Positions 13,029 to 24,619 of a stretch of DNA of 64,000 nucleotides are shown here, one piece after another. The DNA is from Felis catus. Lineage: Eukaryota. The stretch is from positions 142,788,001 through 142,852,000 of the forward strand of contig NC_058368.1 in assembly GCF_018350175.1 (NCBI RefSeq). Reading direction: 5' to 3'. The translations under genes and the position numbers were made by a program. The notes beneath the pieces were generated by a model. It saw only the letters and a list, made by a program, of their open reading frames with translations. It searched no databases and was not told the DNA's origin. Numbering within the stretch: the first letter of the stretch is position 1; each line of letters opens with the position of its first letter.

Positions 13029-15317
13029 GTTTCCAGGCTTTTTAACTTGAATTTGCGTGTCAAGATTCACACCATGTTTATCAGGGTTGGTTTGGGGTCG
13101 CATACAGAACACGACGGCATAATCTGCAACCTACGGCCAAAACGGAAAGCCAGCGCAAGGGTGGGCGTGGACCCTATTAGAAAGCTGGATGAAAATAGAG
13201 TGAAAACAGGAAAAACGGAAGATGGGGCGGGGGAAACTTGACACAGCTCATTTTCTAGGATGAGAAAATGGAGGTCCAGAGAGGCTAAGATCAGGTCAAG
13301 CAGCTAGTTAATGGCAGAGGTGTGTATCAGTTGAAAGTTGCAGGTGAATGTGAAGTTGGAGGAAATGCTTATTAAGAAAAGAGGTCTGGGGTGCCTGGGT
13401 GGCTCAGTCGGTTGGGCGTCCGACTTCGGCTCAGGTCACGATCTCACGGTCCATGGGTTCGAGCCCTGCGTCGGGCTCTGGGCTAATGGCCCAGAGCCTG
13501 GAGCCTGCTTCCGATTCTGTGTCTCCCTCTCTCTCTGCCCCTCCCCCGTTCATGCTCTGTCTCTCTCTGTCTCAAAAATAAATAAACGTTAAAAAAAAAA
13601 AATTAAAAAAAGAAAAGAAGTCTCAGGGCACCTGAGTGGCTCAATAGGTTAAGCATCTGACTCTTGATTTCGGCTCAGTTCATGGTCTCGTGGTTTCTGT
13701 GATTGAGCCCCGTGTGGGGCTCTACACTAACAACACAGAGCCTGCTTGGGATTCTCTCTCTCCCTCCCTCTCTGCCCCTCCCTCCGCTCTCTCAAAATAA
13801 ATAAACTTAAAAAAAAAAAAAAAAAAGGAGTCTGAACCAGAGATTTAGAACCAAAAGAAGGGGGGAGACAGTGAGGTAAGAATGGTTGAAACAGGTAAAC
13901 AATCTTAGCACAATTAAAGGTGAAGAGTTTCTTAAGAAAGAACTTGAAATCTGAAAAAAAAAAATCTTTGGCTTCATAGTGTCTAATAACATCCACCCAC
14001 TTTGGGATGTACAAGAACTGTGGACCTATGGTTAAGTGCTAAAGAGAATACTGTGGGACAGCAGAGACAGAGACAAGAGCAAATTGGCCTACTCAGCATG
14101 GCTTAGGAGAAAGGGTAAGCAATTCAAAGTCCGCCTATACCCAGATCAGAAATCAGCTCTGTCAGTCACTGTGCAACCTCAAGCAAGTTAGCTGGGATCT
14201 GAACCTCAAAGTCTAATCTCTAAATTGAGATGATCATACCCATCTGGGAGGGGTGTTATAAAATTAGAGTAGTACACAAAAAATATCCAGCACATAGTAG
14301 AAACTCTGCAGATGTTTGTTCTACATCAAATGAACCCATGCCTCAGTCCAAATGGCCATTGGCTGAGAGCCAATTGATCCCAAAGGCTGAGATTTTATGC
14401 CACTGGCTTTCCTCACTTCCAGGGCTCTTTTTGTCACTGAAGAGAAGAAGAAAATGGAAACAAGTATCAAGTAGGCTGCAGTGCTTGAGAAAAAACCCAG
14501 GCACCAAATCTCTGAGTCTTTGGGTATGGACCAAGCAGATCTTGTTCAATATGGAGCAGCTGTTTGGATGAGCTCTGAAGGCCCCGTGCTTACCCCGTGG
14601 TCTAAGCAGAGTCCCACATCTGCCTGCTAACACTGGCCAGAACACAGCAAAATCTTAAACCAAACTGGGTTTTACAAATAGTTGTAAAAATTCAAAGAAA
14701 TGAAGTTCAATTGGTAAGTTATCTGGTTTTACTGGATACTGATAGAATAAAACCTAACATACCCAAATGGGAAGAAGGCACATTTACTCTTTCTGAAGAA
14801 CTAAATGGTTTCTACCGCTCGCTTTACTTTCCAAGGCTCTACTCTCTGTTGTCATGGATATTTTCATTTGGATTTTTTTTTCTTCTGACGTGCTCAGGTT
14901 AGAATTACCTCTTTCTCAAAGATGTCTTAGAAGCTAAACCATCATGCCAAATTCTTTACAAAATTCATCTCTTGCATTCACAGATATGGATGTGGAGTGA
15001 GCACGTAGATCATTTTACCCTCTAACTCGTACCTTCCTCATTGCCCATTGAATTTTAAGCCCTTGGTTTTATTTTCTTTAATCAAAGCATGGAGAATTTT
15101 GTTTTTTAAAATGAGTAGCATTTCATTTTCCTTTCAGTTAAATGATTTCTGCTTCTTGAATGACAGCTCAGAAATCAAAGTGTATGACCCAACCAAAAGA
15201 TAGGTAAATAGCAAACAAAAACCAAAAAACAAAACCCTAAAAGGAAATAGAGACAAGGAGAGTTTCTGGTACAGAAAAGCTGCAGTGGCCCCTAGCCACA
15301 AGGTCCTCAGCACTCAC

Positions 15318-15452
15318 CTTGCCATCATACCAGATGCTTTCATTTCCCTCCGGATCAACATCGTCCGTTGCCAAGGTGAGGCAGACCAGTCTCCGTTTCA
15401 GCCCCTTGGCTTTAATCTGTTTCAGTGCTTGCTTTCCTATGAAGTCTGCTGG
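15318..15452 (-). CDS. DMGDH: DMGDH exon 15 (135 nt)
   Basis: [45 protein letters not shown]; cctgcag acceptor, GTGAGT donor. Confidence 0.96.
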
Positions 15453-17136
15453 CTGCAGGAATCCAAGATAATGATGATGAATGAATGCTCAGACACTGTG
15501 ACAAGGTTAGAGATGCAAGCATTTAAATTTGTCTTTGCGATTTTCTCGCCAATTACACATCAAATAAAAATACAGATTGGATCAAACGTCTAGACAAATA
15601 TTTCTTAGTCCTCAAATGACAGTATCAGCCAGCTTTTCCTTCAGATAGGTTAGACTGAAGGGTAATAACTTGTGATAACAATTTTACCAGAACCACCTAG
15701 GCAGAAAAACATAAGGCACGATATTGCGATGGTGGATTATGAAAGCGACCCTTGTATCTAATGGTTCTGGACAGCAGTACTGGCTGGTGGTGAGCAAAGC
15801 ACTACTCAATTTCCACCTACAGTAGGACACTTACAAGAAGGAAATTCATGTTTTTGATGTGTGATGTCAGAACAACCCCAAAACGCTGCACATTTCTTTC
15901 CTCCTCAGAATAATGGTCCAAGAAATTTACCAACTGTTGAGTTGTACTCAGTTCATTCAGGAATGTATTGAGCCCATACTATGTGTGAGACATGCTTACC
16001 CCTGCGTGGGCTATAAGAGTAGATAGAGAATAAGCTCTTTGATCAAAAGTCTAACACAATGCTTTTCAAACTTGTTTTTCCTCCTTCGATGCAACACATG
16101 ACAGATGACATTCCTATTCCTAATATGTTCCCCTGGTCACACTCAGAGTTATTCCTAATGCAACGCAAGTGACAGTGACATGGCTATAGGGATAACCTCC
16201 AGTCCATTCACACACCTCATAACAAACAGGTTAGTGATGACTCTTCAGTGGAGACACTTAGCTAATAAAGAGGCACAATTCTACCTACCCAGAATGCCAG
16301 GGATACTAGGTAAGACTGAAAAGCTAGCCAGAGGCCAAGAGCAGTGTCAGTGGAAGGAGGGAAGGCTGACCCAGGAGGGGTGTGGATTAAGGTTTCTACT
16401 GAAGGGAGCCCCAAATCATCTCTTATCTTACCAGGGGAAGGGGGTATCTGTGATACACAAATCACATCTCTATGAAGGAGATTTAATTAGAGATTATAAT
16501 GTGAGAGGGGAAATTCTCAAAAGAGTTCCCATATACAGACTAACCATACTCTGAAAGAAGAAAGCAAACAATTTTAATTTCCTCATTGGCCAAAGAAGAA
16601 AGGAAATAATATCTCATGCCAAAAATGTCCTCTGCCATCAACATTTAGGATTTATACAGCTCTTTCTGCACACAAAACATTTAGGATTGGGTGCAATGAA
16701 TCCCCTTAACTGCTCAGTGAAACAGTGGGAGGGGTTCTCACATACCCTCTGCCTGATGATCACCCCCCAGTTTACTCCTTTACTGGTTCAGATCTTTTAG
16801 GCTAAGCCCACAATGAAGTATGCTTTCTATAGATATTGCAAGTTTAAATTGCTGACCTTCACAGGAAACTGAAAGTTTCCATTGTCAGTTTCCATTGGCC
16901 AAGGTTAAAATAATTGCAAAATGAAAGTCCGATTACCTTCCCCAGTGTGATCCAGATGGTGAGAACCAACTATAAAGCTTTATTATGAAGCCAGATAAAA
17001 ATTCAAAGACAGCTGGACCCGATGTTATTTAAGTCCAGACTGGTGGGGAAAAAACAAAACCACCAACCCACAGAAAAAGCCTGATTCATTTGAATTCATA
17101 TGTAAGAGAAATTCCTGGTAACAAGTCATAACAAAC

Positions 17137-17636
17137 TGTAACAGCCCTTCAATCCGTCTTAAGGATTGAGTGGCTTCAAGTTTATGCACCCCATGCTTGC
17201 TGATTTAAGTCCCGTAGTCTGTAGCCAAACTAATCTACTTCCCTTGAGATCTGCAAACCATAGGCCTTGAGGAGTGAAGAATCAGACTTTCCTGGAAGAG
17301 AAGGACTAACCACATTTGCAAAAAGCCACTGCTCATGCTAGCACATCTATTTGAGGTCATGTCCACACACAACTAACCACCTGGGCACCCACTTCCACTG
17401 CAGGGAGCCCACTCAGCCCCGTCCATGTCCCTCACCTTCCCCTCTAAGACCCTCTGCTTTTGCCAAGACAGGGAAGGTGGTCTTTGGGACTTCGGTTCGC
17501 CATCTTCCCAAGTTCCCAGCTTCCTGAATAAAGCAACTTTTCCTTTCCCACCATCCCTGTCTCTCCATTATTGATTTTTGAGTGGCAAGCAGCCACTCAG
17601 GGGTGCTGAATTCAGAACTGGTTCTGTCCGGTAATA
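17137..17636 (+). mobile_element. Solo LTR, ERV1-like (500 bp)
   Basis: Starts TGTAACA and ends GGTAATA (degenerate ...AACA); 4-bp TSD AAAC at 17133-17136 and 17637-17640; internal AATAAA followed by GCAACTTTTCC, typical of an R/U5 region. Confidence 0.7.
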
Positions 17637-18670
17637 AAACCAAAGTTCATTATACTTAAAACATGTCTATCTAAATAGAGAAAGAACTTCAACAAATTTT
17701 CATGATCTTTTTCAAAGACAACTTGCTATCATGGAAAAATAGTGACAAGGGTGCTTTTAATTTTTCCTATTTTTATTTGCATTTACTTTTTTAATGTTTA
17801 TTTTTGAAAGAGAAAGAGAGCCAGAGGGTGAGCAGGGGAGGGGCAGAAAAAGAGAGGGAGAAACATAATCCAAAGCAAGCCTAACATGGGGCTTGAACGC
17901 ACGAGCTATGAGATCATGACCTGAGCCCAAGTAGGATGCTTAAACAACTGAGCCACTGAGGTGCCTCTCTTACTTTTATTTTTTAAAGTTTGTTTGTTTG
18001 TTTGTTTGTTTGTTTGTTTAAAGAGAGGGAAAGACAATGAGTCGGGGAGGGGCAGAGAAAGGGAGAGAGAGACTCCAAAGCCGGCTCCATGCTGTCAGCA
18101 CAGAGCCCGATGTAGGGCTCAAACCCGTGAACCATGAGATCATGACCTGAGCCAAAACCAAGAGTCAGACATTTAACTGACTGAGCCACCCAGGTGCCCC
18201 AACAAGGGGTGCTATTTAGAGTTCTTGTCTATATAGCAATCAATATAAAATGGGGAAAAAAGTCTCACACTTTGTGTAGAGAAGCATTTTACAACAACAC
18301 TGAGAGGCAAATGGGCTATTTTGTATGATTTGTGGAGTGCCATGAGATCATACTTTCCTATAATGGAATCTGGATCTTTCCCATTAGAGATTCATTTAGA
18401 TATTGAAGATTTTGGGTCTTCCTGCATCCATATTAAGAGAATTTTCCTTCAATTATTTACTCAACTGTTGTTATCCCCCTGCTGTGTATGCAGAAGGCAT
18501 ACAGAGATACATAGATATGTTCTTGTAGTTTCTAGGAGGTCCCTGAAATGTCATTCCTTCTCTCCACATCATAACATGCCCAATCCTGAACCACTTAAGC
18601 CAGTATCTGCTACACCTGTGGAGTGGCTGTGGTGAAAGATGGCCATGACCAAAGCTTTCAGAAATGGGTC

Positions 18671-18992
18671 CCCCCAGGACAAACAAGCTTGACCATGATG
18701 CAATCAAGTTCCCCCTGATACCAAATCAGTCATGAAGAAAACAGAAGGCAACAACACACTTGTGTCATTGTGGATTCAAGGCCAATAAGCACCAGATCAA
18801 ACAGGCTGTGAAGAAGCTCTATGACACTGACAAGGCCAAGATCAACACCTTGATCAGGGCTGATGGAGAGAAGTCATATGTTCGACTGGCTCCTGACTAT
18901 GATGTTTTGGATGTTGCAAACAAAATTGGGGTCATCTAAACTGTGTCCAGCTGCCTAAATATAAATATAATTTTTTTCACATTATAAAAAAA
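18671..18992 (+). pseudogene. RPL23A: 5'-truncated RPL23A processed pseudogene, antisense within DMGDH intron 14
   Basis: Intronless, frameshifted match to the RPL23A C-terminal half (PR.NKLDH..IKFPL...MKK.E.NNTLV...[48 protein letters not shown]); TAA at 18937-18939, short 3' UTR, A-tail remnant, flanking repeat AAA(T/A)GGGTCCC. Confidence 0.92.
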
Positions 18993-19001
18993 GGGTCCCA
19001 T

Positions 19002-19235
19002 GGGGCGCTTGGGTGGCTCAGTCAGTTGGGCGTCCGACTTCGGCTCAGGTCATCTCACGGTTTGTGAGTTCAAGCCCCACATTGGGCTCTGTGCTGACAG
19101 CTCAGAGCCTGGAGCCTGCTTCAGATTCTGTGTCTCCTTCTCTCTCTTCCCCTCCCCAACTTGTGCTCTGTGTCTCTATGTCTCTCAAAAAATAAATAAA
19201 TGTAAAAAAAAATTTTTTTTAAACCATAAAAATTT
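19002..19235 (+). mobile_element. CanSINE inserted at the 3' end of the RPL23A retrocopy
   Basis: tRNA-derived head, (CT)n, A-tail; TSD AAAAAGGGTCCC. Confidence 0.9.
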
Positions 19236-21706
19236 AAAAAGGGTCCCTTTGTGATGCTAGACAAGAGCTCCTGAGGCATGTGCTGAGGGGTGGGAGGAAA
19301 AAGGTGTGCTAGAAGGGGCCTAACTCCACCTTTGCCAAAATCACAATTTAACCAAAGTCTAAGAGGGAACATAAGGTATCAGCTCATCACAAGAAATAGG
19401 AAAAGCGGGGAAGGGGCCTCAGAAAACTTTCTTTAAAAGAGAAAAATAAATTCAGTGAAAATAAATATTAAATACTATTTATAATTTGTTAGGCACTTGC
19501 TATGTGCCAGACACTATGCTGAATGACCTCATTTAATCCTCATGACATTCCTATGAGATAAAGAATTTTATCCCCCGTTTATGAGAGAGAAAGGCCCAAC
19601 AAAGTTAAGGGTCTTTCCTGAGGCTCAGTTACATGGCCACACAAGACTTCACTTTTAGATTTTATCCATGTATTTTTTAAAGTGACTATACCTAGAGTCT
19701 ATCATTGGAAGGTCTAGGGTATGTAAATCCTCTAACGAATGTTTCTTTTAAATTATTTCTGGGTACTCTGAACCTGTTTTGAAGGATGTTCACTACACAG
19801 TATTTTTGAACTACCGAGGAGGATTTGAAAACACTCTCAAGGTTACTATTAATGAAATCTGACATCTGTATCTGTATATCCTTAAATCAGGAACTGATCT
19901 GGTCAGCAATATTGTCCTCAGATATGAATGAAAATACTCTAACGATGAGGCATCTGGGTGGCTCAGTCAGTTAAGCATCCAGCTCTTGATTTCCGCTCAG
20001 GTCATGACCTCACGGTTTGTGGGATGGAGCCCCACGTCAGGCTCTGTACTGACAGCAACAGAGCCTGCTTGGGATTCTCTCTCTCCCTCTCTCTCTGCCT
20101 CTCCCCCATGCGCGCATGCTCTTTTTCTAAAAATAAATAAATAAATAAGCAAGCAAACATTTTTTAAAAATTAAAAAAAAAAAGAAAATACTCTAACAAC
20201 AACAAAAACCTAATTAAAAGTAAGGCACACACAGTTAAAACACAGATAAAAAGTAACACCTCTCCCTGGAGACAATTCTCTTTTCCCAAGCTAACCTTGT
20301 GCCTGACACAGAAAGATTTAAAATAGGGCAGTGGCATTTCATTCTCCTTTACTTGGCTTTTCTTCCAAGATTGTAGATTTAATACATGAGAGAAGAAAAT
20401 ATGTCTGAAGATAAATGCTATGATTAAAATTGGTGCTATCAGGATGACCTGAGAACAAAATATATTTAATGAATCACTGCCAACTTAATTATATAAACAG
20501 CTGTTAATATCTTTGAGAAACACAAATTTCTGGGGGCACTGAGAATATAGCTCAAAAAGAGTCTTCGCTTATGTTTCTTAATCTACTAATTTTACAAAAG
20601 AGTAAAAGCAATTAAAATAGCTATTTGTAACATATACTAAATATAACATCCACAAAGATGATAACATTAAGATTTTAAGTGAAATAAAATTACTCATCTT
20701 ATTAGCTCTACTAAAAGCACTTGTATTACCTCAAAGCATATGGAAATGAAATAAATTAAACCAGCATAGTTTGGGTTGTGATTCTTAGGTGAATGCACAG
20801 TTGGCCGAGATGTAGTTAAATCTGAATTTAACACAAGCAGTGCTAAGAAGGCTCTGATATGGAGAGTCAGGGTAGAAAATTCAAGGAAGTCATCGTTTTC
20901 ATTTAACTGTCCCAAATCCTTTAAACCTACATATCTAAAGTCTCCAAAGACTAAATGCAATAATTGGGGTAACATCCTGGGTCCCAGAAAGCTCCCCTTA
21001 GAAACCAGGGGCAGCACTAGTGGGAAAATCATGTTCTTGCTTTGACAGGGATGGAGAGGGTTGCAGAGAGAACAGTTAGTCAACTGTCAATGTAAGTGGC
21101 CGAGTAGAGATGGAAATCCAGGTGACAGATTTCTGCCACTTGTCCCCCAGTACTTTCTAGAAATGTATCTTATTTTAAATGGGGCTCAGGGACCATCATT
21201 TAAACACAGTCCCGATAGGACTCCCTCTCAGGGCATGTGGCCATTACTAACTGACCGTTTATGTAAATCTTAACTTTCTTCCATCAGGTGGTGAATATCA
21301 GGTACATCTGTGCTTGTCTCACAGTCCAACTGATAAAACTGTATACGGGTGCATTCACCTAGGGGATGAATCAGCTGACCCACCACCCCATCAAGACAGA
21401 GTAGACTATCATTCCTTTCACCTTCTCATCATTAGAATCACAGTTTTTAAGCAGACAGAAAACATAAGGGTCTTTCCTGGGGTGAAAAATGTACCAAACC
21501 TTGAACCCAAGCTTCTCAACTCTTGACTCTTTTTCCACTATGCAGAGCTTGGTAACATTCCGTGTATGTTTATAATGACTACAATTTCACTATCTCTTTA
21601 TTAGCAAAATGTTAGGTTATTAGTTTAGAAACTTACATCTGTTATTATTGGCTCCCACCTACACAGTTTTCATTCTTTGCCCTTGGCAACGTAAAACAAA
21701 GTAGCA

Positions 21707-21720
21707 TTTTCTTTTCTTTC

Positions 21721-21772
<52 letters not shown>

Positions 21773-21793
21773 TTTCTTTCTTTCTTTCTTTTT
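21707..21793. repeat. (TTTC)n microsatellite derived from a SINE tail
   Basis: Direct reading; adjoins a minus-strand CanSINE. Confidence 0.9.
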
Positions 21794-24619
21794 GAGACAG
21801 AGAGCACGCACACATGAGTGAGCTGGGGAGAGACAGAGGGAAAAAGAGAGACAGAACCCCAAGCAGGCTCTGAGCTATCAGTTCAGAGTTCGACGTGGGA
21901 CTCTATCCCACACACACCACCCTGGGATCATGACCTGAGCTGAAATCAAGAGTCCAATGCTCAACTGACTGAACCACCCAGGCCCCCCTCATCTAGCATT
22001 TTCTCAACAAAAGTACTAATCAGTTAAGTATTCTTTCTCGAAAAAAGTATTTACCATAACTAGAAAAGCAACTCTCTTAACTAAAAGAAAGCTGGGGATA
22101 AACAGAAACCTAGAGAAAATATTTAAAATATTATTTATAATATTAAGCCAGGCCAAGAATTAGGTTACAGTTAGCATTCAAACCAAACTAAATTTTTCGA
22201 AACTGAAATAGCCCCCATTACATGTATGTTAGGACTTCTACTAGATTCCATTTTAACAAGAATATTTACATTTCTATTTTTTTAAGTTTATTTATTTTGA
22301 GAGAGAGAGAGAGAAAAACGCACTCAAGTTGGGGGGGGGTGCAAAGAGAGAGAGCAGGAGAGAGAGAATCCCAAGCAGGTTCTACACTGTCAGTACAGAG
22401 CCCAATGCAGGGCTCAATTCCACAAACCATAGATCATGACCTGACCCAAAATCAAGAGTCGGCCACTTAGGCAACTGAGACACCTAGGTGCCCCCAATAT
22501 TTACTTTTCAGTTTTGGAGTCCAATAATCGAAAGGACAGCCATGGAATGCAACAGACCTGTGACTTTGGCAGATGTACTTTTATGTTTAACTGCGTTACT
22601 ACTAATCACGATATAGACTTTTCATGATAGTTTTCATCTTTAGACTCAAGCGAAGAACAATTACCCATCTGGTATTTCACATTTAGCACTCGAGCCTAAA
22701 TGAAAAGTAAATAATTATTAAATACAACAAGAAACACATGAATAAATGAGTCCTCAATAGGGACACAAGATCTTTCTTGCTGGGGTCCTTAAAAAAATGG
22801 AAAGGCTTTTCTCTACAGCTGTTTTTCCCTAGATACTTTTATATTCACTTCACTAAGATGGAACAAACTAATATTTATTGAGATACCACATTTTTTTTAC
22901 TCCTCTTATAAACGAATGAGGTCGCTATTTTCTTCATTTTACAGATACGAAAACTGAAGGTTTGTTAGGTTAAGCAACTTGTTTACTTTCAGAGCAAGTG
23001 GCAGAGCCATAACTCAAACCCTTCAACAAATACTCAAGTCCTACTAATGACCAGACACAGCACTAGCCTAAGGATTCTCCAGCTGTCCTGGAGAAGCTCA
23101 CAGACTAGCTGAAGCAGCCGACATTATGGGATATGCCAAGTATCACTACAGAGCTAAGTACAGCATGCTATAGAGCACGGGTTCCCAGGGGTGCTTGGGT
23201 GGCTCAGTCCGTTAAGTGTCCAACTTCAGCTTAGGTCATGATCTCCCAGCTCGTGAGTTCGAGCCCTGCGTCAGGCTCTGTGCTGACAGCTCAGAGCCTG
23301 GAGCCTGCTTCAGATTCTGTGTCTCCCTCTCGCTCTGCCCGCCCCCCCGCCCCGACTCACACACTGTGTCTCTCTCTCTCTCTCTCTCTCAAAATAAATA
23401 AACATTTAAAAAAAGAAGAAGAAGAAGAGGGGATTCACAACACTCCCCTGGCTTTCATTACCACCTATACATGAACAATCCAAATCCATACTTTCAGAGC
23501 AGAGGTCCCCAAACACATGTGCAGCTGTCGGTTGGCTGTCCCCCAGCCCCTCAACCCCACCAGTCCTTCCAGCCTCCCAATTACACCCGTTGTGTTTCCC
23601 CATTCGTGATCAGTATCCTAAGTCCTCTTCTCCACTCCCTTCACATAGAGTCCCTCACGTGGTCTCCATCCTACCTTCTTCATATCACTCACACCTCTTT
23701 CTTCTCCGTCCTATGTTCAACGCCTTAGTTGAAGCCCTCAACATCACTCCACTGCATTTTTTCAGTAATTGGGAAATGCTCTCCCAGTCACCAGGCTAGT
23801 TCCTTTTTAGTCTATTTTCCGTCATCTGTGGGTCATTCCTTACACAAAATTGTTCAGTGGCTCCCCAGCGTGTCCAGGATTCACTCCAAATTCCTTAGCC
23901 TGGCAGATGAGACCTTTCATGACGAGGTCTCAGTACTTCTCCAGCATCAGCTCTTGGCACTACTTTCAACAGCAAATTACTTGCTGGGCACCTGCTATAT
24001 GCCACCCCTGAGCTGGGTGTTAGGAATAAAAAAGTAAACAAAATGTATTTTGTCCTGTCAGAACTTGTACTCAAGAAGCTTACATTCCATTCAAAAGAAA
24101 AAGGAAAAAAAAATAATTGTAAGCTGTGATACATCCGAGAAAGATACTGCAGGTGCAAAATGTATTCTTTAAATGATCAATAGGGGCATCTGGTGGCTCA
24201 GTTGGTTAAGCAACTGACTTTGGCTCAGGTTGTGATCACACAGTCTGTTGGTTCAAGCCCCAGGTCGGGCTCTGTGCTGACAGCTCGGAGCCTGGAACCT
24301 GATTTGGATTCTGTGTCCCTCTCTCTCTGTCCCTCCCCCACTTGCATTCTGTCTCTCTGTCTCTCAAAAATTAACGTTAAAAATATTTTTTTAATTTAAA
24401 AATTATCAAATGAAGGATGCCTGGGCGGCTCAGTTGGTTAAGCAGCCAACTTCAGCTCAGGTCATGGTCTCACAGTTCGTGAGTTCGAGTCCTACGTCAG
24501 GCTCTGTGCTGAAAGCTCGGAGCCTGAAACTTGCTTCAGATTCTGAGTCTCCCTCTCTCTCTCTGCTCCTCCCCAGCTCATGCTCTATCTCAAAAATAAA
24601 ATAAATATTAAAAAAATAA

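Noticed and set aside
16180..16554. 124-aa ORF, plus the overlapping ORFs at 14230-14645
   Set aside because: No recognisable homology, no splice or promoter context, and a length expected by chance
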